Shown here one piece after another: positions 27,401 to 35,790 of a DNA stretch of 64,000 bases; positions within the stretch are counted from its first letter, which is position 1, and every line of letters starts with the position of its first letter. The DNA lies in assembly GCA_905178155.1 (NCBI GenBank), contig CAJINV010000005.1, forward strand, positions 5,523,747 to 5,587,746. Reading direction: 5' to 3'. The stretch is from Amoebophrya sp. A120. Lineage: Eukaryota; Protista; Dinoflagellata. The translations under genes and the position numbers were made by a program. A model generated the notes under the pieces. It was not told where the DNA came from and did not search any database. It saw only the letters and a list, made by a program, of their open reading frames with translations.

Positions 27401-27417
27401 AAGACCATAGAAAATGA
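414..27417 (+). CDS. Giant hypothetical protein (>=6060 aa, 5' end outside window), S/A/G/Q low-complexity with globular islands and a PAM2-like motif; 36 introner introns inside this span
   Basis: Removing the 36 TAT..ATA elements plus one 5-nt direct repeat each (8821 nt) leaves 18183 nt = 6061 codons that join the long ORFs 791, 1469, 5370, 9470, 12808, 15786, 18495, 20775, 22878, 25474 and 26530 in frame; stop TGA ends at 27417. STMNTQAPEFVP at 25738-25773 fits PAM2. Confidence 0.8.
590..829. mobile_element. Introner type D
   Basis: TATGAGAGTG..GTGCACTTTCATA; flanks ACGGC/ACCGA; frame restored. Confidence 0.8.
1351..1519. mobile_element. Introner type B
   Basis: TATGCATTGCAAGAGTATCG..CGATACTTTTG..ATA; flanks GGCGG/GCTGG. 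Confidence 0.8.
3003..3228. mobile_element. Introner type D
   Basis: TIR; TSD CCAGG (creates canonical GT..AG). Confidence 0.9.
3480..3632. mobile_element. Introner type B
   Basis: TIR TATGAACTGCAAAAGTATCG; flanks GGATT/GCATT. Confidence 0.9.
3696..3951. mobile_element. Introner type A
   Basis: TIR with GTCTGGGTCTGG/CCAGACCCAGAC; TSD GCTGC. Confidence 0.9.
4039..4192. mobile_element. Introner type B
   Basis: TIR; TSD ACACG. Confidence 0.9.
4269..4561. mobile_element. Introner type J
   Basis: TATCGTATTTAAAAACGTTCCC..GGGACGTTTATGCATAGGATA; TSD ATCGA. Confidence 0.9.
4634..4895. mobile_element. Introner type A
   Basis: TIR; TSD ACCCC. Confidence 0.9.
4998..5156. mobile_element. Introner type I
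   Basis: AAATTTTCCGTACATGTAC..GTACGTGTACGGAAAATTT; TSD GCTGT. Confidence 0.9.
5224..5376. mobile_element. Introner type B
   Basis: TIR; flanks TTCCA/TCCCA. Confidence 0.9.
7500..7761. mobile_element. Introner type A
   Basis: TIR; TSD AACTG. Confidence 0.9.
7824..7932. mobile_element. Introner type L (109 bp)
   Basis: TATCCACAGAAAAAAACCCATCC..GGATGGGTTTTTTTCTGTGGATA; TSD AGGAG. Confidence 0.9.
8497..8761. mobile_element. Introner type A
   Basis: TIR; TSD ACTCG. Confidence 0.9.
8942..9202. mobile_element. Introner type A
   Basis: TIR; TSD CGACG. Confidence 0.9.
9237..9483. mobile_element. Introner type H
   Basis: TATGGCGTTCTCAACTGTTACATTCTCA..TGAGAATGTAACATTTGAGAACTCCATA; TSD TGCTG. Confidence 0.9.
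10561..10708. mobile_element. Introner type B (TAC start)
   Basis: TIR; TSD GACGC. Confidence 0.9.
10797..10969. mobile_element. Introner type B
   Basis: Degenerate TIR; flanks CAGCT/CAGCA. Confidence 0.85.
11085..11259. mobile_element. Introner type B
   Basis: TIR; TSD GGTTG. Confidence 0.9.
11466..11842. mobile_element. Introner type A with nested insertion
   Basis: TIR; TSD TTTTC; 377 bp versus ~262 bp in sister copies. Confidence 0.9.
11674..11777 (+). mobile_element. Short retroposon-like insertion with (CATAC)n tail nested in a type A introner
   Basis: 104 nt absent from sister copies, flanked by CATGCAA (11667-11673, 11778-11784), ending CATACCATACCATAC. Confidence 0.6.
11910..12217. 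mobile_element. Introner type C (AGA end)
   Basis: TATGGAAGCGTCAG..GAAATCGACAAAGTTGAAATA TIR; TSD GTTGA. Confidence 0.9.
12351..12500. mobile_element. Introner type B
   Basis: TIR; TSD CGAGA. Confidence 0.9.
13758..13907. mobile_element. Introner type B
   Basis: TIR; TSD GAGAA. Confidence 0.9.
13952..14258. mobile_element. Introner type C
   Basis: TIR; TSD AAAAT. Confidence 0.9.
14413..15348. mobile_element. Long introner type K (936 bp)
   Basis: TATTACAATGAAAAATGCACCCACGACCCC..GGGGGTCGGTGGGGGCATTTTTCACGGTGATA; TSD TGGGT; frame restored. Confidence 0.9.
15402..15550. mobile_element. Introner type B
   Basis: TIR; TSD GTTTG. Confidence 0.9.
15633..15783. mobile_element. Introner type B
   Basis: TIR; TSD AAATG. 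Confidence 0.9.
18055..18229. mobile_element. Introner type B (diverged)
   Basis: TATCCTGTGCAA..TTGCAATGCATA; TSD GGAGA. Confidence 0.85.
18285..18594. mobile_element. Introner type E
   Basis: AAAAATCCCCCCTCCCCATATCGAAA TIR; TSD TCAAG. Confidence 0.9.
20267..20475. mobile_element. Introner type M
   Basis: TATCCCACGAAAAAACTGTTTCACTGTGA..TCACAGAGAAACAGTTCTTTCTTGCGATA; TSD TCCCA. Confidence 0.9.
20562..20867. mobile_element. Introner type C
   Basis: TIR; flanks CTGAT/CAGAT. Confidence 0.9.
21661..21881. mobile_element. Introner type F
   Basis: AAAAAAGTGTTACAGGTACA..TGTACCTGTAGCACTTTTTT; TSD GCAGA. Confidence 0.9.
22258..22519. mobile_element. Introner type A
   Basis: TIR; TSD CTGCC. Confidence 0.9.
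22624..22878. mobile_element. Introner type A (opposite orientation to 51602 copy)
   Basis: TIR; TSD TGGAA. Confidence 0.9.
25020..25177. mobile_element. Introner type I
   Basis: TIR; TSD AAAAG. Confidence 0.9.
25230..25479. mobile_element. Introner type A (TAC start)
   Basis: TIR; TSD ACGCT. Confidence 0.9.
26362..26623. mobile_element. Introner type A
   Basis: TIR; TSD AACAG. Confidence 0.9.
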
Positions 27418-29785
27418 GAATCATATCGTGAGAAGCGCAAGCTTTAAAAGTGCAACTGAAGAAGTAGGCCGCTTCTAGCTCTGCATGAACACGATGATGT
27501 CGGTATTTTTTGTGCTGTCAAGTTTTGTTGCATTTGCATCTCTTCGCTTCTTCCACCTGATATTGTCCTCTCTGAACTGAAAAATAATTTATCGGGCAAG
27601 ATTAGTGAGCACGTACACGTAGACGTAGAAGACCTCCTCATTTTCACAAATAAATTCGAGGTAGATACAACCCGGGTTTTTTCAAAATCCGGGGTACACG
27701 TAAAGGCGTTTAATATTTTTCCATCAAACAAGAAGAACTACCGAGAATACAGCTTTAAGTTTTGTCTAAGCTCGCTTTCTTTTATAACTTGAATCCAGGG
27801 CGACGGGTGGCCAGTTTGTTGTAGCAATAAAATGATGTTGCGTAATATGCGCTCCGCCCTAGCGCTAGCCTAACAAGAGACCAAAAAACCTTTTACGAAA
27901 TAAATGAAAAGCAGCACACCTGCACGTGCTATGTAAGTATTTGCTTTTTTGACGATCATTTGAATTTCTCGATAGGGATCGAGTACTGGATACAGCACTC
28001 CGATGCATTTTGATTTTTTTTTCTTTTGCACTAATCAGACTTAGGGATACAGTCAGACAGGGGGCAACATATATTGCATTTTCTACTACCGTGCACGACA
28101 AGCAAGCGAATACGTGCAACGAGAAGCATAGCACCCTTGATGCGAAATATTTCACTACAACAAAGGGCCCACGTTGCGGACCCCGGCATAAAGAGAAGAC
28201 GCTCGACTTTATTGTAGAAAACTAGTACAACTTCGCCCTTTGGTCTTGCTTCCTCTGAGAAGTATTAAAACGGAACTATAATCCAGATCTTAATTTTTTT
28301 GTAGATACAACAAACGGCGCTTCATGCACAAGCCCTAGCGCAACAACTTCTTTTGAGAATATAGATTTCTTCTGCGACAGCTCGCAAGTGCATGGTTGTG
28401 GAATGCAATGCTCCTTATTTCTTGCAGTCGTATGAATTATATGAAAATAAATACAAATACTCAGTGTTGAGAACAAAGAGAAAGGCCATCAGAGATTGAA
28501 ATGGTTCTCTGCAAAAATGTTGAAATGAACAAAGAGCTGCAAGAATTTCTTTAAGTTTTCGGGAACGACTAAAATGCAAAAATGATTTCTTTTTTCTCAC
28601 AAATGTTCTTGACTACGCTCTTGATGAGCAAGCAGTTTATCGGAAAAATGGAGAAAGCCGGCCTCTGTTGCCACTTCCTGTCGTGGTACGACATGGAGTC
28701 GAAATTTGAAAAAGTTTTTCTCTTTCAAATTTTCCTAAATCGTGTTCCTGAACTACAAGGTCATAAGGTGTTGCTCTTGCTTTTCGTACACACATGAAAT
28801 CGTTCAAGTAGATTTTTTAGACAGCACTGTGTCGTACTAGTATCATGAAAGAAGTCCTTACTATGAGAGCGCCAGGAGCATCGTGCGATCATATTATAGT
28901 TCGTGGACATGATTGGCAAAAATTCACTCCAAAATTTTCACATCAAAATTAAAATTTAGTTTCGGCCACGGGCACCACAAATCGAATTCAAATTTGAGAA
29001 CTTGAGGAGCCGCAAACCGCCTGTGCGTACAAGAACTTTGCAACTTGCACTTTTCCATCAGAGACGTTCTTCTTTTCACAAAAAAAAAATCACGCATTCA
29101 TACAAACTACGAAGCTTCAGTCCTCGAGAAACGATTCAAAGTTTTGCACGAAAAAGGGTAGAAGACCCCCCAAACTTGTTTTCCCCCGATAATATCCAAT
29201 ATCGGATCTAAAATTTTATTGAGTTCCTTATCCTTTGAATGTTCCATACAAAGAAAAAGGTTTATTCCAACTTTCTAGCACGACGTTTCTCAGCATCTGC
29301 AACTGCATCATCTGAGTTGTACTAGAAGAGAGGGTGCATTTAACATTTCTTTCGCTTTGAGTTTCATTTTCCATTTCCCGTTCTTTCGCAGCGATGAAAT
29401 GATTCCACCAGCAATAGCACACGATTTTTCTGAACTTTCCCAATTTTTTCTCAACCTGACGACATCGATAGTCAGAACAAATTTCATCCTGACAGCACGA
29501 AAATCTAAATCTTCTAGGAGCAGTACAGCAGGTTTCTGTGCGACCACAACTATCGAGCGACCGATGGTCCACCTCTGAGTCGGCGATTAAATCTTATCTC
29601 GTCGCCGCCCGGGTTCATCTTTGTTTTATTTTCGTTGAAGAACAAGATGAACAACGACCAACCTATTATTTCCTTTTAAAGTTTCATATATTGCCTTGTT
29701 CCTATTTGTATTTCCTGAACGTCCGACGTCTGAAATTTCTAGTTTCCAATTCTAGTTTCCAAAAATGTCAAGTTTTATTCCCACC

Positions 29786-32700
29786 ATGTTCGGAGGTCTC
29801 GGCGAGGTGGATATGCATATGGACAACAACCTATCCAACAAAAAAGTGTTAACGTTAACGGTTTTCACAGATGGCAGTCATTCATTACAAATTTTGCCTT
29901 CCAGCAATACAAATCTGCGCACCTTTTTTCATGCATCACTGCATCACAAATTCCGTTTAACGTTAACACTTTTTCTTGTGATGCAACCCTTACAATAACG
30001 ACAGCACAACGGGTATTGGTGGAACAACTCCTGGTGCCAATAACATGATGACGAACAACGCGACTAGTTCTCCGACCGCGAAAATGGCCACGGGGATCAT
30101 CACGCTCCTTGGAAAAGACATGGCGGTCTGCGAAACGGTGCACAATGAGAAGGACGACGAGTTCGGGCACACGAGTCTTTTCGGCCAGACAGCTTCGGAG
30201 GTGAAGGTGTACTTTCCGCAGGTATGCATTGCATGCAAAAGTATGATCTTCGTACTCGTTCCAATGCCAGTCTTGCATATACAGATCTAGTTTTGCACCT
30301 GAAACAGCATGACAAATGCCAGCTTTTCTGTATGGAATAATTTGTCATGCCATTCATATTGGTACGACGACGACTTCCTACGATGACGATATTTTTGCGA
30401 TGCATAGCAGGGAAAGCTCGATCATTTCGTTCTCAAGCCCGGCGACCAACTCGCTTTCGAGCTCGACGAATACCAAGACCCAACGAGAAACGTCCCGGAA
30501 TCCCAGGTGTGGGCTTTGAACCCAGTGTCCCTCGAGCATAAATTTTCTTCCGACATGAAAGGCCACGGCGCGAAAAGGGAACTCATCGAGCAGCAAGTCT
30601 TTCCCTTTCCGAAACATGTGGGGAAACTAGTCAGGTACAGCAAAGAACATACGAAACAGGGCGGGAACATATCCTGAGTAAAAATGTCCCCACACCAGAG
30701 TCAAGATGGGAAATCTGCTAGACAAATCAGCCAGCTTTGGTTGTTTCGCATGACAAATTTGTCCTTGTAGTGTAATCCTGTTTAGCTAGTTCCGAAGCAT
30801 TACAGACCTAGCGCGTCATGCTGATTCTAGCATCACAAATTCCGAAACGCGGCGAGGAGATGGCTCGTATGGGGCTCCGCATGAGAGACTTTTTTGGCAT
30901 GCAATTTTGCATGACAACTCTGAGATGGGGACGTTTTTACTCAGGATACAACATTCGCGGGAACTTCGGCAACGGGTTTATTGAGGCCAAGGACGCGGCG
31001 GACTGTGATATCTACATTCACCATTCGATCGTGTTAGAAACAATCCCGATGATGACCTTTGTCGCCTTCGACGTACATTACAACGCGCAAAACAAGCCGT
31101 ATGGAAGCCTCAGAATCGAATAAATCAATAAAGTTGAAATAGTTTGTCATGCATAAAATGCAACGCAGAAAGTGCCTGTCTTGCAGACTAGGCAAGGGAG
31201 GCACATTGTAAGCCTGTTTCGGGGTAGAAATAGAGCTGCCAAAGCTGCATGAAAAAAGGCGTCTTCCTTACCCAAACAGCATTACAAACTGGATTTCGGC
31301 TCTACTCAAATTTGTAATGCGCGGCTTAGAAATTGGGCTTGCAACTGGTATCGATTTTATGCATTACAAGTTACTTCAACTTTGTCGATTTCAACTCTGA
31401 CACATCCATAAGCCGCAAGCCAGCGCCCCGCTGTGGCAGTTGGTCGAGGATTTGCCGAGTTCGAAAACCGTGTGGGAACAGCAGCTACAGAACAACAATA
31501 AAGGCGGAAACAACAACATCAACTCTGGTGGCCTCATTACCGCTCCTTCCTCTGCGCAGAAGCCCGCCCTGATGCAGCGCTCTTCGTCCCTCCAGACAGC
31601 GACAATGACGCAGAACAATAAACTCGATAAAAATGATCAGCTGAATCTGTTGCAGAACATCACTTCTGTTTTAACCAACATCGTGACTGGGAATCAGTCC
31701 ACGTCCGACGCCGGCGCGGCTCTGGCGCAACTCGGGCAAACCATCCAAGCGCCACAAACGCAGAGGGTTGGAGCAGGTATGGGGATGATGAGCAACAACG
31801 TGGGAACTACTACGCAGCGAATTCAACCACCAGGAGGGGTTAATACAGCGATGTTGACTTCGCAAAACAACAAAAGAGATCCAAACGAGAAGGAAACTTT
31901 TTTGAACCCAGCCCGGCACATCAAGGACGAGGCAAGGGAGTATTTGGAAAAAAATTTGGACAAAACGGTCCTGAAAGACATCCACATCGGCGTGATCGGC
32001 GATTTCACCCCCGACGGCGACCACACCATCATCCACGCGGCGGAGTGCAATGTCTCGACCGACCGCAGCCAAATCCCGCAAAACGGTATGTACTTCGTAC
32101 CGAACTACGTTTTGGGGAAGTACGAGTTGAAACGGGGCACGATGATCGCCTTCCGGATTGAGTTGAGTAAGGAGGGACACCCGCTAATGCAGCACGCGGA
32201 TTTCGTGAAATTCGGAACCGGGTTTGGGATTTGGGAGCTCACGACACCCTTCCGGGCGGAACAAGATGTAATTTTCGGAGATTACTTCGGAAAGTAGGAA
32301 TGGGAAGAAGAAGTCATGGAAGTCATTGGAGGAACGCCGGTTCTCAAATCATCAATATCCGGTTGTCTGTGATCATTACAAGCTGCGATGCATTTTGAGA
32401 GGTTGATGGTTGTTAGGATCGAAAGTGTAGTGTTGTGTAAAAGTGTACTTCAACCATTTAACGTGTTAGCCAACTACACGCAAAACTCAGCGAAGTTGCA
32501 GTCTGTGCAGGCGTCACGCGCATTCGCATTTTTCGGTTATTATATATGATTTTATGGTGCCACAGAATTTCATGTAATCTCTAAACCGATATAACAACCA
32601 AATAAAGAACCGCGCACGATAAAAAAAGCTTCCACGATCTTCCTCTTCCTTTCCATACCACGATCGTGAATATGTCAACGGCTGGCAACGCGTTTGTCGA

Positions 32701-34736
32701 AACTAATGTGCTGAAGAAAGAGTACAAAAACGACGCCTACATTCACGACAAGATCATGGAATTGTGCCACCTGGGTCTGAACAATGTTATCTGCTTTCGC
32801 GTGCACATCTCCGGTTCTGGGAATCCCCAGGTTTCCGCCCCGGTGTGGCGGTTGTGCATCCCGGGCGGGCACAAGGGGGAAAACGACCCGGCGTTGCTGT
32901 TTCAGGTAAAGATTTGTGTTTCATCTGTTTGCGCTTTTCACCATTGCGATTTATCACTCTATGCTTAGGCAGCATGACAAATTATGTATGAAGCTGCAGC
33001 TCAGGAGCAATTCTTTGTCTTTTCCACAACAACAGCAAGCGCTGGCGGAGAAGAAAACCGGTCCGACGGTTTCCGCGGCCGCCGCCCAGCATCAAACCAC
33101 CGCGACGATTCGATCGAGCAGCAAACTCCTGATCCAGCAGGTCTCGGAGGAGGAAAAGCAGCATGATGATGGGGAAAACCTGTGGGAGCTTCGGTCCCTG
33201 GACGAGAAGCACACCATGCGGGACATCGCCTTCCACAATTTTGAGTACGAAGGCTTCGTAAACAACATCAACAAGGTCGGGCATGTATCCTGTGCAAAAG
33301 TATCGTACTCGTAGTAATCGCAATCATGCATTACAAATTTCCATCCCAAAGCAAAATAGCATGAGAAATTCCATTCGTTATGCTGACCGAATTTGTAATG
33401 CGATTTCTACTAGTACAATGCTTTTGCAATGCATAGCATGGCTTCGCTCGCGCCCCCGGGTATTTCGTCGACGAAAAGAACCGGAACATTTTCCTCCACA
33501 AGGACATGGTAGAACGCGGGGAGATGAAGCCCAACATGCGGTTTATGCATTGCAAAAGTATCGCACTTAGTACGAGATTGCATGACAAATTTTCTCCGGT
33601 TGAAAAATGAATTTGTCATGCTAGAACAGTAGAAAATGAGTTTTGTCATGCATGGTTGCGATGCATTACCATTACTTTGAGTGCGAAGATGCTTTTGCAT
33701 TTGATACGGTTTCGTTTCAAGCTGCATTTTAACAAGGAGGGGTTACCGCAGGCGAGCCAGCCGGTCTGGGTGTGCCTAACCGCGGAGGGGGCGGCGACGG
33801 GAGAGCAGGCGGACGGAAAGGGGGCTACAGCTTCTTCCACGGGAGGTGCGTTAAACGTGGTCCCGGTAGTGGGAGCCACAGCCGGAACAGCCATAATGGC
33901 GGGGCGGAACGGAGCAATCGGAGGTGCTCCGCGGCTAAACTTAGCAGCCACTGGCGGCTCGGTTGGAGGGCACCAGCAACCGCAACAGCCGCAGATAAAC
34001 AATCGCAACCCCTTGTTTGGCACGTCCACCGCTCCTAATTTTAATCCTTCTGGTGGAGCAGCTGCAGGTACAACTTCTAAAAAGCTGATGCCATTGCCGG
34101 GTCGCCCTCCGGCGATGGGGCAGCAGCAGTATCAACTGTAAAAATGTCTGGGTCTGGAAGAATCCACCTTGTCATGCTGATTTTGGATTCTAAAAAAATC
34201 TGTATTGCAAGAGCAGCAAAGAGAGTCCAAATTTTGCAGCACGGAAAGAGCATTTGTCATGCGGAATAGGCTTCAGGAAGCCCTCTAAAAATCTGTGATG
34301 CTAGGGCATGCGTCACAGACTTGAGGAGTCATGCAAAATGTGCATGACAAACCTGGCAATCTTCCAGACCCAGACATTTTTACATTTGATAAGCAGTCGC
34401 AGGTGACTACAAAGGGAAATAACAATAACTTTTCTACAAAAGGCGGCGGGAAGGGTGGCAAGGGGAAGATATGACAGGAAGAAGTGTTAACGTGAAGGTT
34501 AACGGAATTTGTGATGCAGCAATGCATCTTCACGAAACGTATCAAAATTTGTCATGGATAGCATGCATATTGGGCTACATTTGTGATGCATGACTGCAAT
34601 CTGTGAACACCGTTAACGTTAACACTTTTTCCTGTGATAGAAGAACAAGATCAACGAAGATTATAGGATGGACAGTTTTTTGCCCAAAAACCTGTTCGGA
34701 AATAGCAACCAGGCGAGCAGGCCGACTCCGTATTAG
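29786..34736 (+). CDS. Multi cold-shock-domain (OB-fold) nucleic-acid-binding protein, ~913 aa, ~5 CSD-like repeats
   Basis: ATG in CCACCATG context; 9 introners plus GT-AG intron 32906-~33035 removed gives 914 codons. CSD-like units e.g. GNGFIEAKDAADCDIYIHHS..FVAFDVHYNAQNKPQA, YFGKIVN..AFVE..DAYIH..ICFRVH..GNPQV, YEGFVN..GHGFA..NIFLH..FRFKLHFNKEGLPQA. Confidence 0.75.
29832..29983. mobile_element. Introner type G (ATG end)
   Basis: AAAAAAGTGTTAACGTTAACGG TIR; TSD CAACC. Confidence 0.9.
30223..30406. mobile_element. Introner type B
   Basis: TIR; TSD GCAGG (creates canonical GT..AG). Confidence 0.9.
30670..30948. mobile_element. Introner type J (opposite orientation to 4269 copy)
   Basis: TATCCTGAGTAAAAATGTCCCCA..TGGGGACGTTTTTACTCAGGATA; flanks GAACA/CAACA. 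Confidence 0.9.
31100..31410. mobile_element. Introner type C
   Basis: TIR; TSD AGCCG. Confidence 0.9.
32295..32657. mobile_element. Old degenerate introner (type P)
   Basis: Eroded TIR TAGGAATGGGAAGAAGAAG..CTTCCTCTTCCTTTCCATA; flanks GAAAG/CCACG; element+5 rule restores YFGKIVNM. Confidence 0.7.
33286..33435. mobile_element. Introner type B
   Basis: TIR; TSD GCATG. Confidence 0.9.
33544..33706. mobile_element. Introner type B
   Basis: TIR; TSD CGGTT. Confidence 0.9.
34130..34391. mobile_element. Introner type A
   Basis: TIR; TSD AGCAG. Confidence 0.9.
34470..34639. mobile_element. Introner type G (opposite orientation to 29832 copy)
   Basis: TIR; TSD GAAGA. Confidence 0.9.
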
Positions 34737-34751
34737 GAGGTGCATTTTTAT

Positions 34752-34966
34752 TATGCAAGAAAAAAAGAAAAACTGTGTAAGTGTAACTCTGTAATGCAAA
34801 ACATGCAACAGAGTTACACCTGTCATGCCACACAGCCATGAAGTCCTTTTTTCATGTGTATTTTCCCTTACAAGCCACACATGACAGGTTTTTTCTGTCA
34901 TGTAGAGCAAATCTGTGATGCTGTCAGCCAAAGAAAGTTACACTAACACAGTTTTTTTCTTGGATA
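34752..34966. mobile_element. Introner type N in presumed 3' UTR
   Basis: AAAAACTGTGTAAGTGTAACT..AGTTACACTAACACAGTTTTT; TSD TTTAT. Confidence 0.9.
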
Positions 34967-35790
34967 TTTATGGCTCGCTAGAAGTGCGTTCTTCTTGTCT
35001 ATGATCTCCAACGGTGTGTCGAACATCAAGAATAAAACGACAGCACACACTTTCGCATAAAAACCTTTCCTCCAAGTAGAATTTTCCTCGTGATATGTAT
35101 GACCTCCAAGAAGCTGCTGTGCAAAAGTACTTGAAGTTGTTTTGTCCCTTGGGATGAACAACTTCTTCCCACCTGCTGCGCGGAATAAAAAGCTCTCGTT
35201 GTTCCTTTGTGCGACATCAATTAGGAAAACCACGAAGCTAGTGACACAGAAAGAACTAAAGAACGAAGATCTAGCTTTTAGTCCAGCCTAATATCAGCGT
35301 GAAGATCATTTTTATTTTTCTGGTGACTGATGATCCATTTAGGTTTAGCTTCAGCATCAACCAAAGCTGATGAACGCGGCCGTCGTCAGAAGAGTACCTC
35401 TAGTTCAGTACCTGTGCAACTTTTTCTTCAAGGATTGCTCTGTGTACGAGCAGTTCTGAAGAACAGATCCCTACTGGCATGTCAACATAGTAGTAGTACT
35501 TTGAGTGATCATGCCCTCATCCGCATGATTTTAAGGAGTATTATTTGTGGGACCACTACGAATTATTATGCTCCTGCGTCTCTCCTTGTACTACTTTCAC
35601 AGCAAAATGCTCCATCTTCTCTTTGACATTGAAATCTTCCTTGCATAGTTTTTTAGGTCTGGATGAAACGAGAACTTACGACGTCTTATTCTTTCTCTTT
35701 CAGCACTTCAGAGCGGTAGCTCTCGTGCCTTATTGTTATTTCAGCATTTTTTTTTCCTACATTAACATTTCAAATTAAAGCCACATAGTC

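Noticed and set aside
27418-29785. RNA genes or short CDSs in the largest spacer
   Set aside because: No tRNA, rRNA or snRNA pattern recognised; the short ORFs are AT-rich and lack the coding style of the real exons.
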